Shown here piece after piece: positions 6,900-15,417 of a stretch of 64,000 bases of DNA. The stretch is from a virus. The position numbers and the translations under genes are program-made. Numbering within the stretch: the stretch's first letter is position 1; each line of letters opens with the position of its first letter. The notes beneath the pieces were generated by a model. That model saw only the letters and a list, made by a program, of their open reading frames with translations, was not told the origin of the DNA and did no database searches. The DNA is taken from the IMG/VR virus record IMGVR_UViG_3300042526_000402, positions 32,001 through 96,000 of that record; one strand, given 5' to 3'.

Positions 6900-8000
6900 A
6901 TGATTACAAAAGATGATGTACAAGATATTGCATTAGCTAAAACTGATGATCACAGAAGATGTACAATAGTATTAGGAACCGGTGTAGGTAAAACTAAAGT
7001 AGGTTTAAACCACATCAATAGAAATACATCTCCTCTAAACAAAGTATTAGTTGTTGCACCAAAGAAATCTATATTTGTATCATGGATTGATGATGCTGGT
7101 AAATTTGATATGGCTAATCTACTTGGTAGAATAGTATTTACTACTTATCTAAGCATAAACAAACATGATCCTAATGATTATGATATTGTTTATTTGGATG
7201 AAGTACATAGTCTTCTTGATAGTCACAGACTTTTCTTAGAGAACTTTAAAGGTAAAATACTTGGTCTTACAGGTACACCACCAAAACATCATGGTTCAGA
7301 AAAAGGTAAAATGGTTGATGAATTTTGTCCAGTAGTATATAGCTTTGAAGCTGATGATGCAGTAGAGAATAATATCTTGAATGATTATAAGATATTTGTT
7401 CACATGCTAAGTCTTTCTGATAAAAAGGATTATTATGTAAAAAACAAAAGTAATTCATTTCTTACTTCAGAAACATTAAACTATCAATACTGGTCTCAAA
7501 GAGTTGAGTCCGGAGCAGGTAATTTACAAATGCTTAGAGTAATGAGAATGCGCGCTCTTATGGAGTATCCTAGCAAAGAAAGATATACTAAGAAACTTAT
7601 TGAGAGTATTTCTCAAAAAAGTAAAGTAATTGTTTTTGCTAATACACAAGAGCAGGCTGATAAATTATCTAAATATTCATATCACAGCGGTAATAGCAGA
7701 AGTGATGAAAATCTTGAACTATTTAAAAACAGTAGTATAAACTGTCTCACAACTGTACATCAGTTAAGTGAAGGTGTTAATATTCCTGATTTGAGACAAG
7801 GTATTATTATGCATGCATATGGTAATGAGAGAAAGTCAGCACAGAGAATTGGTAGGCTTTTAAGGCTTAATCCAGATGACACAGCTGTAGTACATATTTT
7901 ATGCTATAAAAGTACTATGGATGAGCAATGGGTTAAACAAGCTTTGGAAGGTTTTGACCAAAGTAAGATAACTTATAAAACTTTTAATGTATTATACTGA
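6900..8000 (+). CDS. superfamily 2 (DExH) helicase
   Basis: GTGVGKT, DEVH, TGTP, EGVNIP and QRIGRLLR motifs. Confidence 0.9.
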   Translation: MITKDDVQDIALAKTDDHRRCTIVLGTGVGKTKVGLNHINRNTSPLNKVLVVAPKKSIFVSWIDDAGKFDMANLLGRIVFTTYLSINKHDPNDYDIVYLDEVHSLLDSHRLFLENFKGKILGLTGTPPKHHGSEKGKMVDEFCPVVYSFEADDAVENNILNDYKIFVHMLSLSDKKDYYVKNKSNSFLTSETLNYQYWSQRVESGAGNLQMLRVMRMRALMEYPSKERYTKKLIESISQKSKVIVFANTQEQADKLSKYSYHSGNSRSDENLELFKNSSINCLTTVHQLSEGVNIPDLRQGIIMHAYGNERKSAQRIGRLLRLNPDDTAVVHILCYKSTMDEQWVKQALEGFDQSKITYKTFNVLY

Positions 8001-8022
8001 AAAAAATTCCATAAATTATAGT

Positions 8023-8262
8023 ATGGAGAATAAAACACACAAAATAATATTATTTAATGATGACAGACATGATTTCTTGTATATCATTGCTTGTCTTATT
8101 AAATATTGTAATCATGATCCTTATCAGGCAGAACAATGTGCTATACTAGCACATGGTAAAGGATCAGTAGATATTGCCTCTGGTAGTTATATGGATATGT
8201 TTGAAATGAGTAGTGCATTAGAGAATATGGAAGTTGAAACAGAAATAGAAGAGTATGTTTAA
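8023..8262 (+). CDS. clpS: ClpS-like Clp protease adaptor
   Basis: IILFNDD...F..II..L...C.H...QAEQCA..AH.KG matches Bacteroidota ClpS. Confidence 0.8.
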   Translation: MENKTHKIILFNDDRHDFLYIIACLIKYCNHDPYQAEQCAILAHGKGSVDIASGSYMDMFEMSSALENMEVETEIEEYV

Positions 8263-8518
8263 AGTTGTCTGTGTCAATGACCAGAATAAACCTAAAAAGA
8301 TTCCTTTATCTGAATGGGTTGTTCAAGGTAATGTATATACTGTAAGAAGAGTTGTTCCTTTAGCACTGGGAAATAAACTAGGATTTGAATTGGAGGAAGT
8401 ATCTCTTTCTCCAGATTCTTTTCCGTATGAATACTATAGTGCTTCACGTTTTATACTATTAGAAGATGAAAAAGAAATTGCAGAACATAAAGAAGTGGAT
8501 TTATCAGAAGCTTTCTAA
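8255..8518 (+). CDS. hypothetical protein
   Basis: 87-aa beta-rich ORF. Confidence 0.7.
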   Translation: MFKVVCVNDQNKPKKIPLSEWVVQGNVYTVRRVVPLALGNKLGFELEEVSLSPDSFPYEYYSASRFILLEDEKEIAEHKEVDLSEAF

Positions 8519-8828
8519 AAAGAAAACTTTACCACAATCAAATCAAAACTTAAAAGTTCTGATTATTGATGATGCAGATGAAACTATCACAGGTACATTA
8601 GGTATTACACCTGAAAGAAAAAATGAGTTGTATGCAATAACAAAAACAGCTTGTGATCAGGAGTCTATAACAAATATACTTGCTGAAGCAAGCATACATG
8701 TAAAACATCCTAATGAGCTTGCATTTGTATGTTTTTTAGTTGGACATAAACTTGGTAAAGGAGAAATTGATCCTTATAAAGGCATTATTCGTGCAATTTT
8801 AAGAGGTACACAACATGGGGAAGATTAA
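8466..8828 (+). CDS. hypothetical protein
   Basis: 120-aa ORF. Confidence 0.65.
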   Translation: MKKKLQNIKKWIYQKLSKKKTLPQSNQNLKVLIIDDADETITGTLGITPERKNELYAITKTACDQESITNILAEASIHVKHPNELAFVCFLVGHKLGKGEIDPYKGIIRAILRGTQHGED

Positions 8829-8982
8829 GCAAATTTACATAGACCTAATAAACTCTGGTGTTACACCTGATGGTTTATCTCTTGGAGAAGCTCTTGATAT
8901 TCTAAAACAAAAAGAGAATGAAGAAGGAGAACAATATGCCAGACAACAATCTGGTGAACAAGAAAATAGCAGAGAGGCTTGA
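8815..8982 (+). CDS. small hypothetical protein (55 aa, not in ORF track)
   Basis: MGKIKQIYIDLINSG...; fills the gap in the gene string. Confidence 0.5.
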   Translation: MGKIKQIYIDLINSGVTPDGLSLGEALDILKQKENEEGEQYARQQSGEQENSREA

Positions 8983-9118
8983 GTATTTCAACAAGCTTGC
9001 TGAAAAAGAAAGAAAGTCTAAACAAACTAAAAATACGGGAGTGAATAAGTAGCTCAAAGCCTTGCGGATTACAACAGGGTATAGCAGGTGGGATTCCTGC
9101 ATTTTTAAAAATATTTAT

Positions 9119-9634
9119 ATGAAAATAACATTAATGTTTATTGGTATTGCTATCAGTGTAAGTGTGATAGCAAGTTTTGGAGAAAATAAAAAACTGGTAA
9201 AAGCAAAAAAGAAAATTATGATTGAAGATACTACAGAAGTAATACCTGTAGTAGACAGTACAAAGATTACAAAAGATATGCTTATTGAGTATATCCTGCA
9301 ATCTAAAATAGCACATCCTGAGATTGCATACAGTATAATCATGACTGAATCCGGAATGTGTAGTAAATTATTCAAATCAAATAACAATTTGTTTGGTATG
9401 AGACAGCCTGGTGTTAGACCTACAATGAGTAAAGGTCCTAAATATGGCTTTGCATCCTTTGAGAAGTGGCAACACAGTGTACTAGATTATAAACTATACT
9501 TGGAGTTTGTTGGTGGTCATAAGTTAACTAGAGATCAATACTTAGCACATCTAGATAGAAACTATGCACATAAAGGATACAGTTCTTACATCAGTAAATT
9601 TTTTAATGAGTTTTACAGTTACGTAAACAACTAA
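9119..9634 (+). CDS. glucosaminidase/FlgJ-like peptidoglycan hydrolase with N-terminal signal anchor
   Basis: Hydrophobic N-terminus; IMTESG, NNLFGM, F..WQHSV.DY and YA motifs. Confidence 0.7.
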   Translation: MKITLMFIGIAISVSVIASFGENKKLVKAKKKIMIEDTTEVIPVVDSTKITKDMLIEYILQSKIAHPEIAYSIIMTESGMCSKLFKSNNNLFGMRQPGVRPTMSKGPKYGFASFEKWQHSVLDYKLYLEFVGGHKLTRDQYLAHLDRNYAHKGYSSYISKFFNEFYSYVNN

Positions 9635-9638
9635 GCAT

Positions 9639-10511
9639 TTGAGTTTAATTAAGGAAGTTACCAGGAAGTCTATGATAATTAGACCTTCTGGTAGATCTAC
9701 TGATTATATATCACCGTCCTTTGGACATGGGTGTTTATATGACTGTAGTTACTGTTACATGAAAAGAAATAAACCTACAGGTTTATCTATTGCTAAAAAT
9801 CATGGAGATATATTAACTGCTATCAATGACCATGCATGGTTTGCTGATGTGGAAAAACCAAATCAAACACATGAAGAGTATATAACTTATGACATAAGTT
9901 GTAATGAAGACTTTGCTCTACATGCTAAATATCATCAGTGGGAAAGAATATTTGATTTCTTTGTTATGCATCCTAAAGCTATGGGTTCTTTTGCTACTAA
10001 GTATGTAAATGAAAAGTTTCTAAGCTTTAATCCACAAGGTAAGATTAGAATAAGATTTAGTCTTATGCCAGAAATTTATAGAAATAAGCTTGAACCAGGA
10101 ACAGATCATATTATTGATAGATTATCTGCTGTAAAAGAGTTTCTTGATGCGGGTTATGAAGTGCACTTAAATTTCAGTCCTGTTATTGTTACTGCAAATT
10201 GGCTTACAGAATATAAAAACTTATTTTATGATATATCTATTATAGCTTTGTCAAATCGTTGGGCTGATGACAGAGTAAAAGCTGAGGTAATATTCTTAAC
10301 TCACAATGTAGATAAGCACTATGCTAATATTGCTAATAATCTTCCGGGAGAAAGTTTGCTTTGGAAACCAGAAATACAAGAGATGAAAATATCTCAGTAT
10401 GGAGGTGCTAACTTGAGGTATAATTATACTCTTAAAGCAGATTATATTGAACAGTTTAAGCAATTACACGAAGAGATAATCCCTTGGAACACAATTAGAT
10501 ACATATTTTAA
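9639..10511 (+). CDS. splB: spore photoproduct lyase-like radical SAM enzyme
   Basis: GCLYDCSYCYM (CxxxCxxC), FATK, RIRFSL, GYEVHLNFSPVI; TTG start. Confidence 0.75.
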   Translation: MSLIKEVTRKSMIIRPSGRSTDYISPSFGHGCLYDCSYCYMKRNKPTGLSIAKNHGDILTAINDHAWFADVEKPNQTHEEYITYDISCNEDFALHAKYHQWERIFDFFVMHPKAMGSFATKYVNEKFLSFNPQGKIRIRFSLMPEIYRNKLEPGTDHIIDRLSAVKEFLDAGYEVHLNFSPVIVTANWLTEYKNLFYDISIIALSNRWADDRVKAEVIFLTHNVDKHYANIANNLPGESLLWKPEIQEMKISQYGGANLRYNYTLKADYIEQFKQLHEEIIPWNTIRYIF

Positions 10512-10522
10512 ATTAAAAGATT

Positions 10523-11044
10523 ATGATTTTAAAGAAACTAGGAACAGAGTATAAACTCTATGAAGAAGATGCCAGTTGTATAGCTACAACTCAAGAGTCA
10601 CCACATAAAAGATTATCTAAGGAGAATTGTGATGAGATATTTGGAGTGATTGATGTTGAGAAGTTGGCTAAAGAATATGCTAAAAAAGCAGATGATATAA
10701 GTGCAAAATACAGTGGAAAAGTATTTGGAGATAATAATTCTACACCTTTTAAAGATGGCTTCCACAAAGCAATGGAACTTAATAAAGATAAGTTGTTTAC
10801 TGTTGAAGATATAAAAAGATTTGTAAGATGGGGAATACATCAGGCATATCTTGAAGATATCTATGATACAACTCATCTTGAAAAAGCAACAGTTGAAATA
10901 TGTAATCAACTTATAGAAGTCATCCAACAACTAACAGAAATAGAGGTTGAGATTGAGATGTGGTTTCATGGAACTAGACATGAAAAAGGTAAATGGATTG
11001 AAAGATTAGATGAAAATGGTTGTTTAATACTTAAAAAGAAATAA
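10523..11044 (+). CDS. hypothetical protein
   Basis: 173-aa ORF. Confidence 0.75.
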   Translation: MILKKLGTEYKLYEEDASCIATTQESPHKRLSKENCDEIFGVIDVEKLAKEYAKKADDISAKYSGKVFGDNNSTPFKDGFHKAMELNKDKLFTVEDIKRFVRWGIHQAYLEDIYDTTHLEKATVEICNQLIEVIQQLTEIEVEIEMWFHGTRHEKGKWIERLDENGCLILKKK

Positions 11045-11045
11045 G

Positions 11046-11285
11046 ATGAAACAAGAAACATTAGAAGAAGCTGCTCAAAACTATAGTGTAACATTTATAG
11101 AAGATGATGGAACAGCAGAAGTAGATTTTATAGCTGGTGCTAAATGGCAAGCTGAAAGAATGTATAGTGAGGAAGAAGTTGAAAATATTTTATTTAGATA
11201 TGCAGAAGAAGAACATGCTTGGTTTTCTTGTAAATCAGAAATAGATTCATTTAATGAATGGTTAAAACAATTTAAAAAGAAATAG
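11046..11285 (+). CDS. hypothetical protein (ETLEEAA...GAKWQAERMYSEEEV type)
   Basis: 79-aa ORF with a motif common in small phage proteins. Confidence 0.75.
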   Translation: MKQETLEEAAQNYSVTFIEDDGTAEVDFIAGAKWQAERMYSEEEVENILFRYAEEEHAWFSCKSEIDSFNEWLKQFKKK

Positions 11286-11286
11286 T

Positions 11287-11385
11287 ATGAGAAAATTTTT
11301 AGAAGCTATTAATGACTATCCAACAACAAGTGTTTTACTTGTGATAGCTTTAATAGCTATTATAGAAGTAATCAAAAGAAAATAG
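11287..11385 (+). CDS. 32-aa single-TM peptide (not in ORF track)
   Basis: MRKFLEAINDYPTTSVLLVIALIAIIEVIKRK fits exactly between neighbours with 1-nt spacers. Confidence 0.55.
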   Translation: MRKFLEAINDYPTTSVLLVIALIAIIEVIKRK

Positions 11386-11386
11386 T

Positions 11387-11572
11387 ATGACACCTGATAT
11401 ACCCTTACTATTTCAAAAAACAGTTCTGCAAGTAGAGTATAGAACTTTGTCAAGAGTAAGAGAAGAGTTTCCAAAGAAATCTAATCATAAAGCTGTTGTC
11501 TATGTTGAAAAGGAAATGACAAGAGTTATTAATGAGCTAGATTCTATTAACCATCAGTTAAATTTAAAATGA
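11387..11572 (+). CDS. hypothetical protein
   Basis: 61-aa ORF. Confidence 0.65.
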   Translation: MTPDIPLLFQKTVLQVEYRTLSRVREEFPKKSNHKAVVYVEKEMTRVINELDSINHQLNLK

Positions 11573-11946
11573 GTGACAATCAGATTATTAATGATAAGTA
11601 TAATACCAAGTACCGTAGATATAGTACTAATACACTCTTAGAGTCTTTAAAGAAGTTTGATAAAGACTCTGAGATTTATTTAATTATCATGATGATTCTT
11701 GTAAAAAGAATTTCAACTAAAGATAGCTATTGTAATGCAGCTATTATTCAGTTACAAAAAGAAAGGCTGGAAAAGCTTAAAGATAATAGAGTACACTTTG
11801 GTTCAAAAGATGAAGCTTATTTTACAGAAGAAGAAATGCTAAAAGAATATGTAGCACCTACTTATGAAGAATTAAGTCCTGAAGAACAAAAGCTTTATGA
11901 CTATGATGATGAAGTGTTTTACCCTGAAAATTATTTCCATGAATAA
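11569..11946 (+). CDS. hypothetical protein
   Basis: 125-aa ORF with ATGA overlap. Confidence 0.7.
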   Translation: MSDNQIINDKYNTKYRRYSTNTLLESLKKFDKDSEIYLIIMMILVKRISTKDSYCNAAIIQLQKERLEKLKDNRVHFGSKDEAYFTEEEMLKEYVAPTYEELSPEEQKLYDYDDEVFYPENYFHE

Positions 11947-12142
11947 AGAAGATAGAAAATCAGATTATGTATGTGTAAATTGTGGAGTATCTTTTCTTAC
12001 AGAAGAACAAAAAGATAAAGCAAGAATTTGTACATTTTTTATTGATAAGTGTGGGTTATGTGGTAAAGAAGATCCTGTCACACATATTAGAAATTATAAC
12101 TATTTAAACAAAAAAGATGAGAAAGTTAATAAAGCTGATTAA
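11939..12142 (+). CDS. small Zn-ribbon protein
   Basis: CVNCG...CGLCG; ATG 11939 preferred. Confidence 0.6.
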   Translation: MNKEDRKSDYVCVNCGVSFLTEEQKDKARICTFFIDKCGLCGKEDPVTHIRNYNYLNKKDEKVNKAD

Positions 12143-12239
12143 GCAACTGACATGTAAGCATGTATACATAGATCTTAGAAAAATAGGATTTGAAAGATGC
12201 ATAGACTGTGGTAAAGAAAGAAAAAATGGCAGAGTATGA
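12117..12239 (+). CDS. small Zn-ribbon peptide (40 aa, not in ORF track)
   Basis: CKH...CIDCGK; stop overlaps the next ATG. Confidence 0.5.
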   Translation: MRKLIKLIKQLTCKHVYIDLRKIGFERCIDCGKERKNGRV

Positions 12240-12478
12240 AAGCAACATTTGAATTTGACATGAATGATCCAGAAGATATGATGGATCATAAAAGAATGAG
12301 TAATGCTCTTGGTATGGCTTTAGTACTATGGGAACTAAAAGTCAATGTAAAAAGAAAAATAGAGTATATGATTGATTTTGATACTTTATCAGGTCAAGAA
12401 ACTCTAGATAGAGTATTTGAAATGATTGGAGAATTAATGGAAGACCAGGGTCTGAATATAGAAAATTTAATACAATAA
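12236..12478 (+). CDS. hypothetical protein
   Basis: 80-aa ORF. Confidence 0.75.
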   Translation: MKATFEFDMNDPEDMMDHKRMSNALGMALVLWELKVNVKRKIEYMIDFDTLSGQETLDRVFEMIGELMEDQGLNIENLIQ

Positions 12479-12481
12479 GTT

Positions 12482-12661
12482 ATGGTGAGTAATATATCTG
12501 AAACTGATGTGGTAGTGGTAGCTAACAGCATCAAAAAAAGTTTAACAACTGAGCAAGTAAATCAAGTTCTTGCTATGTATGCAGATGAAGAAGAGTCTGA
12601 TCCTTCAGCTACTTGGAATCTTATTGTAGAGAATTGTATTTATCAAGTATTACGGCCATGA
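12482..12661 (+). CDS. hypothetical protein (59 aa, not in ORF track)
   Basis: MVSNISETDVVVVANSI...WNLIVENCIYQVLRP. Confidence 0.6.
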   Translation: MVSNISETDVVVVANSIKKSLTTEQVNQVLAMYADEEESDPSATWNLIVENCIYQVLRP

Positions 12662-12712
12662 AAAGGTTGTTCTATAGGATAGCTGAGGAGTTCAGGTTAT
12701 TAGTAATATTAC

Positions 12713-13156
12713 TTGTATATGGGAAACAGTGATATAAAGGCTGATGTTGGTAAAGAAGTATTGTATTTAGCAAAAGATCTTCTTAGAGATCATACTAGTA
12801 TATCTCAATGGTTAAATTCTGATATAAATTATATTTTATTTAAGCATCAAGTAAATATGACAAGACCAAGATATGACTTTCTTAATAAGAAAGAATGGTT
12901 GTTTGTATATAAACTTGAGCTTAATTTACTGCAGTTCTTAGAAATAATTTCTCAAGAAGAAAATAATAGAATTTTTGAAATGCTTTTAGCTAATGAAGAT
13001 GATATTTATATAGCTGTTTTAAGTTTAAAACAGTTTTGGAACACCCGAAGAGATACATATGCTGTTTTATTAGGTCACCAGATTTCTAATGAAGACTATA
13101 CATCTAAGATTGCAACACCAGAGTTAATGATGTTTAAAATGAAAAACAAATTATGA
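12713..13156 (+). CDS. hypothetical protein
   Basis: 147-aa ORF; ATG 12719 is the likely start. Confidence 0.7.
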   Translation: MYMGNSDIKADVGKEVLYLAKDLLRDHTSISQWLNSDINYILFKHQVNMTRPRYDFLNKKEWLFVYKLELNLLQFLEIISQEENNRIFEMLLANEDDIYIAVLSLKQFWNTRRDTYAVLLGHQISNEDYTSKIATPELMMFKMKNKL

Positions 13157-13410
13157 AAGAGCAAGATTTAATTGATGCTGGATTTACTAAAAGAATTGTT
13201 ACAAAAGAAGAAAGTGGAAATAAAGAAGACTTTTATTACTATTTTCTTGAAGTATTAGATGGTATTACTTTAGTATCTGATGCTACTGTAGAGATTGAAG
13301 GAGATCAATGGACTGTAGACTGTTTTGAAGTAGATAAAATACTTATTACAGAACCAGAACAATTGTTTAATTTTCTTGAAACTATGAAAATATGTACACA
13401 GGTAAATTAG
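13153..13410 (+). CDS. hypothetical protein
   Basis: 85-aa ORF with ATGA overlap. Confidence 0.75.
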   Translation: MKEQDLIDAGFTKRIVTKEESGNKEDFYYYFLEVLDGITLVSDATVEIEGDQWTVDCFEVDKILITEPEQLFNFLETMKICTQVN

Positions 13411-13766
13411 TAAAGAAAGATGGTAAGCTAACATATGCACATCCAAAGGATAAGTTGGCTTATGAAATTTTTGTAGGAAAACTTTCTGAAGGTCAGGAAA
13501 TAGAAATGTATATTGATCTTGCTAATGCAGATCATAGCAGAGCACAAATTAATAAAGTGCATGCTTGTATTAGAGAGTTAGCCAAAGAATCTGGCTATAC
13601 TTTTGAAGAAATGAAGAAGATTGTGAAAGAAAGATCTGGTCTTTGCTACACAGACTCAGAAGGTGAGTTTTGCAAATCATTTGCAGAGTGTAGTAAAGAC
13701 CAGTTGATGCTTGCTATAGAAGCTTGTATTGAAGTAGGAGTTGAATTAAATGTTAACCTTCAGTAG
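13392..13766 (+). CDS. NinB/Orf-like recombination protein (tentative)
   Basis: SRAQINKVHACIRELAKESGYTFEEMK and SFAECSKDQL resemble the NinB-family pattern. Confidence 0.45.
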   Translation: MYTGKLVKKDGKLTYAHPKDKLAYEIFVGKLSEGQEIEMYIDLANADHSRAQINKVHACIRELAKESGYTFEEMKKIVKERSGLCYTDSEGEFCKSFAECSKDQLMLAIEACIEVGVELNVNLQ

Positions 13767-14064
13767 GAGCAACATATCCTTCATCTGTTGGCTCCAAGAT
13801 TTCTTTCTCAGCAGTTAAGTTTTGTTTTTCAGCTTGTGTTTCAATCTCAGCAATCATTAAACCTACTGTTTGAAGATTTCTTTGAGTTTCATTTAACTGA
13901 TCATAAGTTTTTTCAAAACTGTCTTTAATATACTGAGGATCTTTATTCTCATTTAACAGTTGTTGAGTTAATGAATAAGCAAGGTTTTTAACCATAAAGT
14001 AGTATGTTTTATTAACTACTATACTTACTAGAGCATCATCTTTAAGTTCTTTTACTTTTATCAT
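13753..14064 (-). CDS. hypothetical protein, the only - strand gene in the + arm
   Basis: 103-aa ORF fills a gap with no + ORF; A-rich leader and normal composition. Confidence 0.75.
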   Translation of the reverse strand: MIKVKELKDDALVSIVVNKTYYFMVKNLAYSLTQQLLNENKDPQYIKDSFEKTYDQLNETQRNLQTVGLMIAEIETQAEKQNLTAEKEILEPTDEGYVAPTEG

Positions 14065-14081
14065 GTTGGTTGTTTTAAAAA

Positions 14082-14089
14082 TACATTTG
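14082..14089 (+). promoter_or_regulatory. Bacteroidota-type -7 promoter box TACATTTG
   Basis: Matches TAnnTTTG in the 32-bp divergent intergenic gap before ung. Confidence 0.4.
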
Positions 14090-14096
14090 TAAAATT

Positions 14097-14810
14097 ATGA
14101 AAGAAAAACTAGATTTAGACAAAATTGTAGACAAATTATATGAAGATTTGGTTCCTTCTGGATGGGCCAGAGTTTTGAGATCTTTTATGTATAGTTCTGA
14201 TTTCAAAAATATACTTCAAACACTTGCACAAGAAAGTGGAGCTGATAAAAGATTTACTCCACCTATCAAAGATGTATTCAGAGCTTTTAAAGAATGTCCT
14301 TATGATGAACTTAAAGTTGTAGTTGTAGGACAGGATCCTTATCCAAGCATTAACATTGCTGACGGTATTGCATTTAGCTGTAGTAAAACAATGAAGTTAC
14401 AACCAAGTTTAAAGTTTATGTTAGATGAAGTAAACAGGACTGTTTATAATGGAGAGTATATTAGTAATAGTCCGGATTTAACCAGATGGGCAAATCAAGG
14501 TATACTCATGCTTAATACAGCTCTCACAACTCAAATAAATAAAGTTGGTGTACATTATAATATATGGAAACCATTTTTAAATTATCTTTTTGATTTCTTA
14601 TCAAATTATAATAATGGATTGGTGTATATTTACATGGGGAAAGAAGCAAGTACTTGGGCAGATAGTCTTAATGACAATTGTTATAAGCTATTCTGTGCTC
14701 ACCCAGCATCTGCTATTTATAACAAATTCAGAAGTTGGGACTCTAAAGATGTATTTCCTACAGCACAAAAAATAGTACAAGAAAACTATAACTATTCAAT
14801 TATTTGGTAA
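14097..14810 (+). CDS. ung: uracil-DNA glycosylase, family 1
   Basis: GQDPY, GIAFS, WANQGILMLNTALT and HPAS motifs. Confidence 0.92.
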   Translation: MKEKLDLDKIVDKLYEDLVPSGWARVLRSFMYSSDFKNILQTLAQESGADKRFTPPIKDVFRAFKECPYDELKVVVVGQDPYPSINIADGIAFSCSKTMKLQPSLKFMLDEVNRTVYNGEYISNSPDLTRWANQGILMLNTALTTQINKVGVHYNIWKPFLNYLFDFLSNYNNGLVYIYMGKEASTWADSLNDNCYKLFCAHPASAIYNKFRSWDSKDVFPTAQKIVQENYNYSIIW

Positions 14811-15397
14811 TGGAAGAAATATTTAACAGACTCATAGTTGCAGAGTTAATGCCTAATACATATTACATGCTCTACTGTTTAAAAGAGAAAGTAATACCTA
14901 ACAAATTTATCAATAAAGAACTAGAACTGAGTAGATTAAAAGCTAATGATTGGGTTACTCAAGATTTGGTTTTAACAGCAAAAAGTCTTATCTTTATTGA
15001 AGAAATCAACAGTTTCTTTAAGAAAACCAAGAAGAAAACTATAAGTGCATTGATGGGTGATTCATATATGGAAAGAATAAGTTTATACTTAGAGATCTTT
15101 CCAAATAGAAAACTTAACTCCGGTAAACCTGCCAGAGTAAATGCTAAAAACTTAGAGGCTCCTTTTAAATGGTTTTTTGAAACTTATGACTATGATTGGG
15201 AAACAATATTACAAGCAACAGAAAAATATGTATCTGAATATGAACTTAAAAGGTTTGAGTATATGAGAAATTCACAGTATTTTATCCGTAAACAAAATTT
15301 GGATAAATCTTTTGAGTCAGATCTGGCTACATACTGTGAACTATTCATATCTGGTGCAGATGAAGTTCCTACTTATTTTAGGGACAACATAGTGTGA
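14810..15397 (+). CDS. replication-module protein (possible initiator or helicase partner)
   Basis: TAATG overlap with ung; wHTH-like N-terminus; directly precedes the helicase; function inferred from position. Confidence 0.4.
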   Translation: MEEIFNRLIVAELMPNTYYMLYCLKEKVIPNKFINKELELSRLKANDWVTQDLVLTAKSLIFIEEINSFFKKTKKKTISALMGDSYMERISLYLEIFPNRKLNSGKPARVNAKNLEAPFKWFFETYDYDWETILQATEKYVSEYELKRFEYMRNSQYFIRKQNLDKSFESDLATYCELFISGADEVPTYFRDNIV

Positions 15398-15417
15398 TCA
15401 ATTTTTAAAATCCACAT

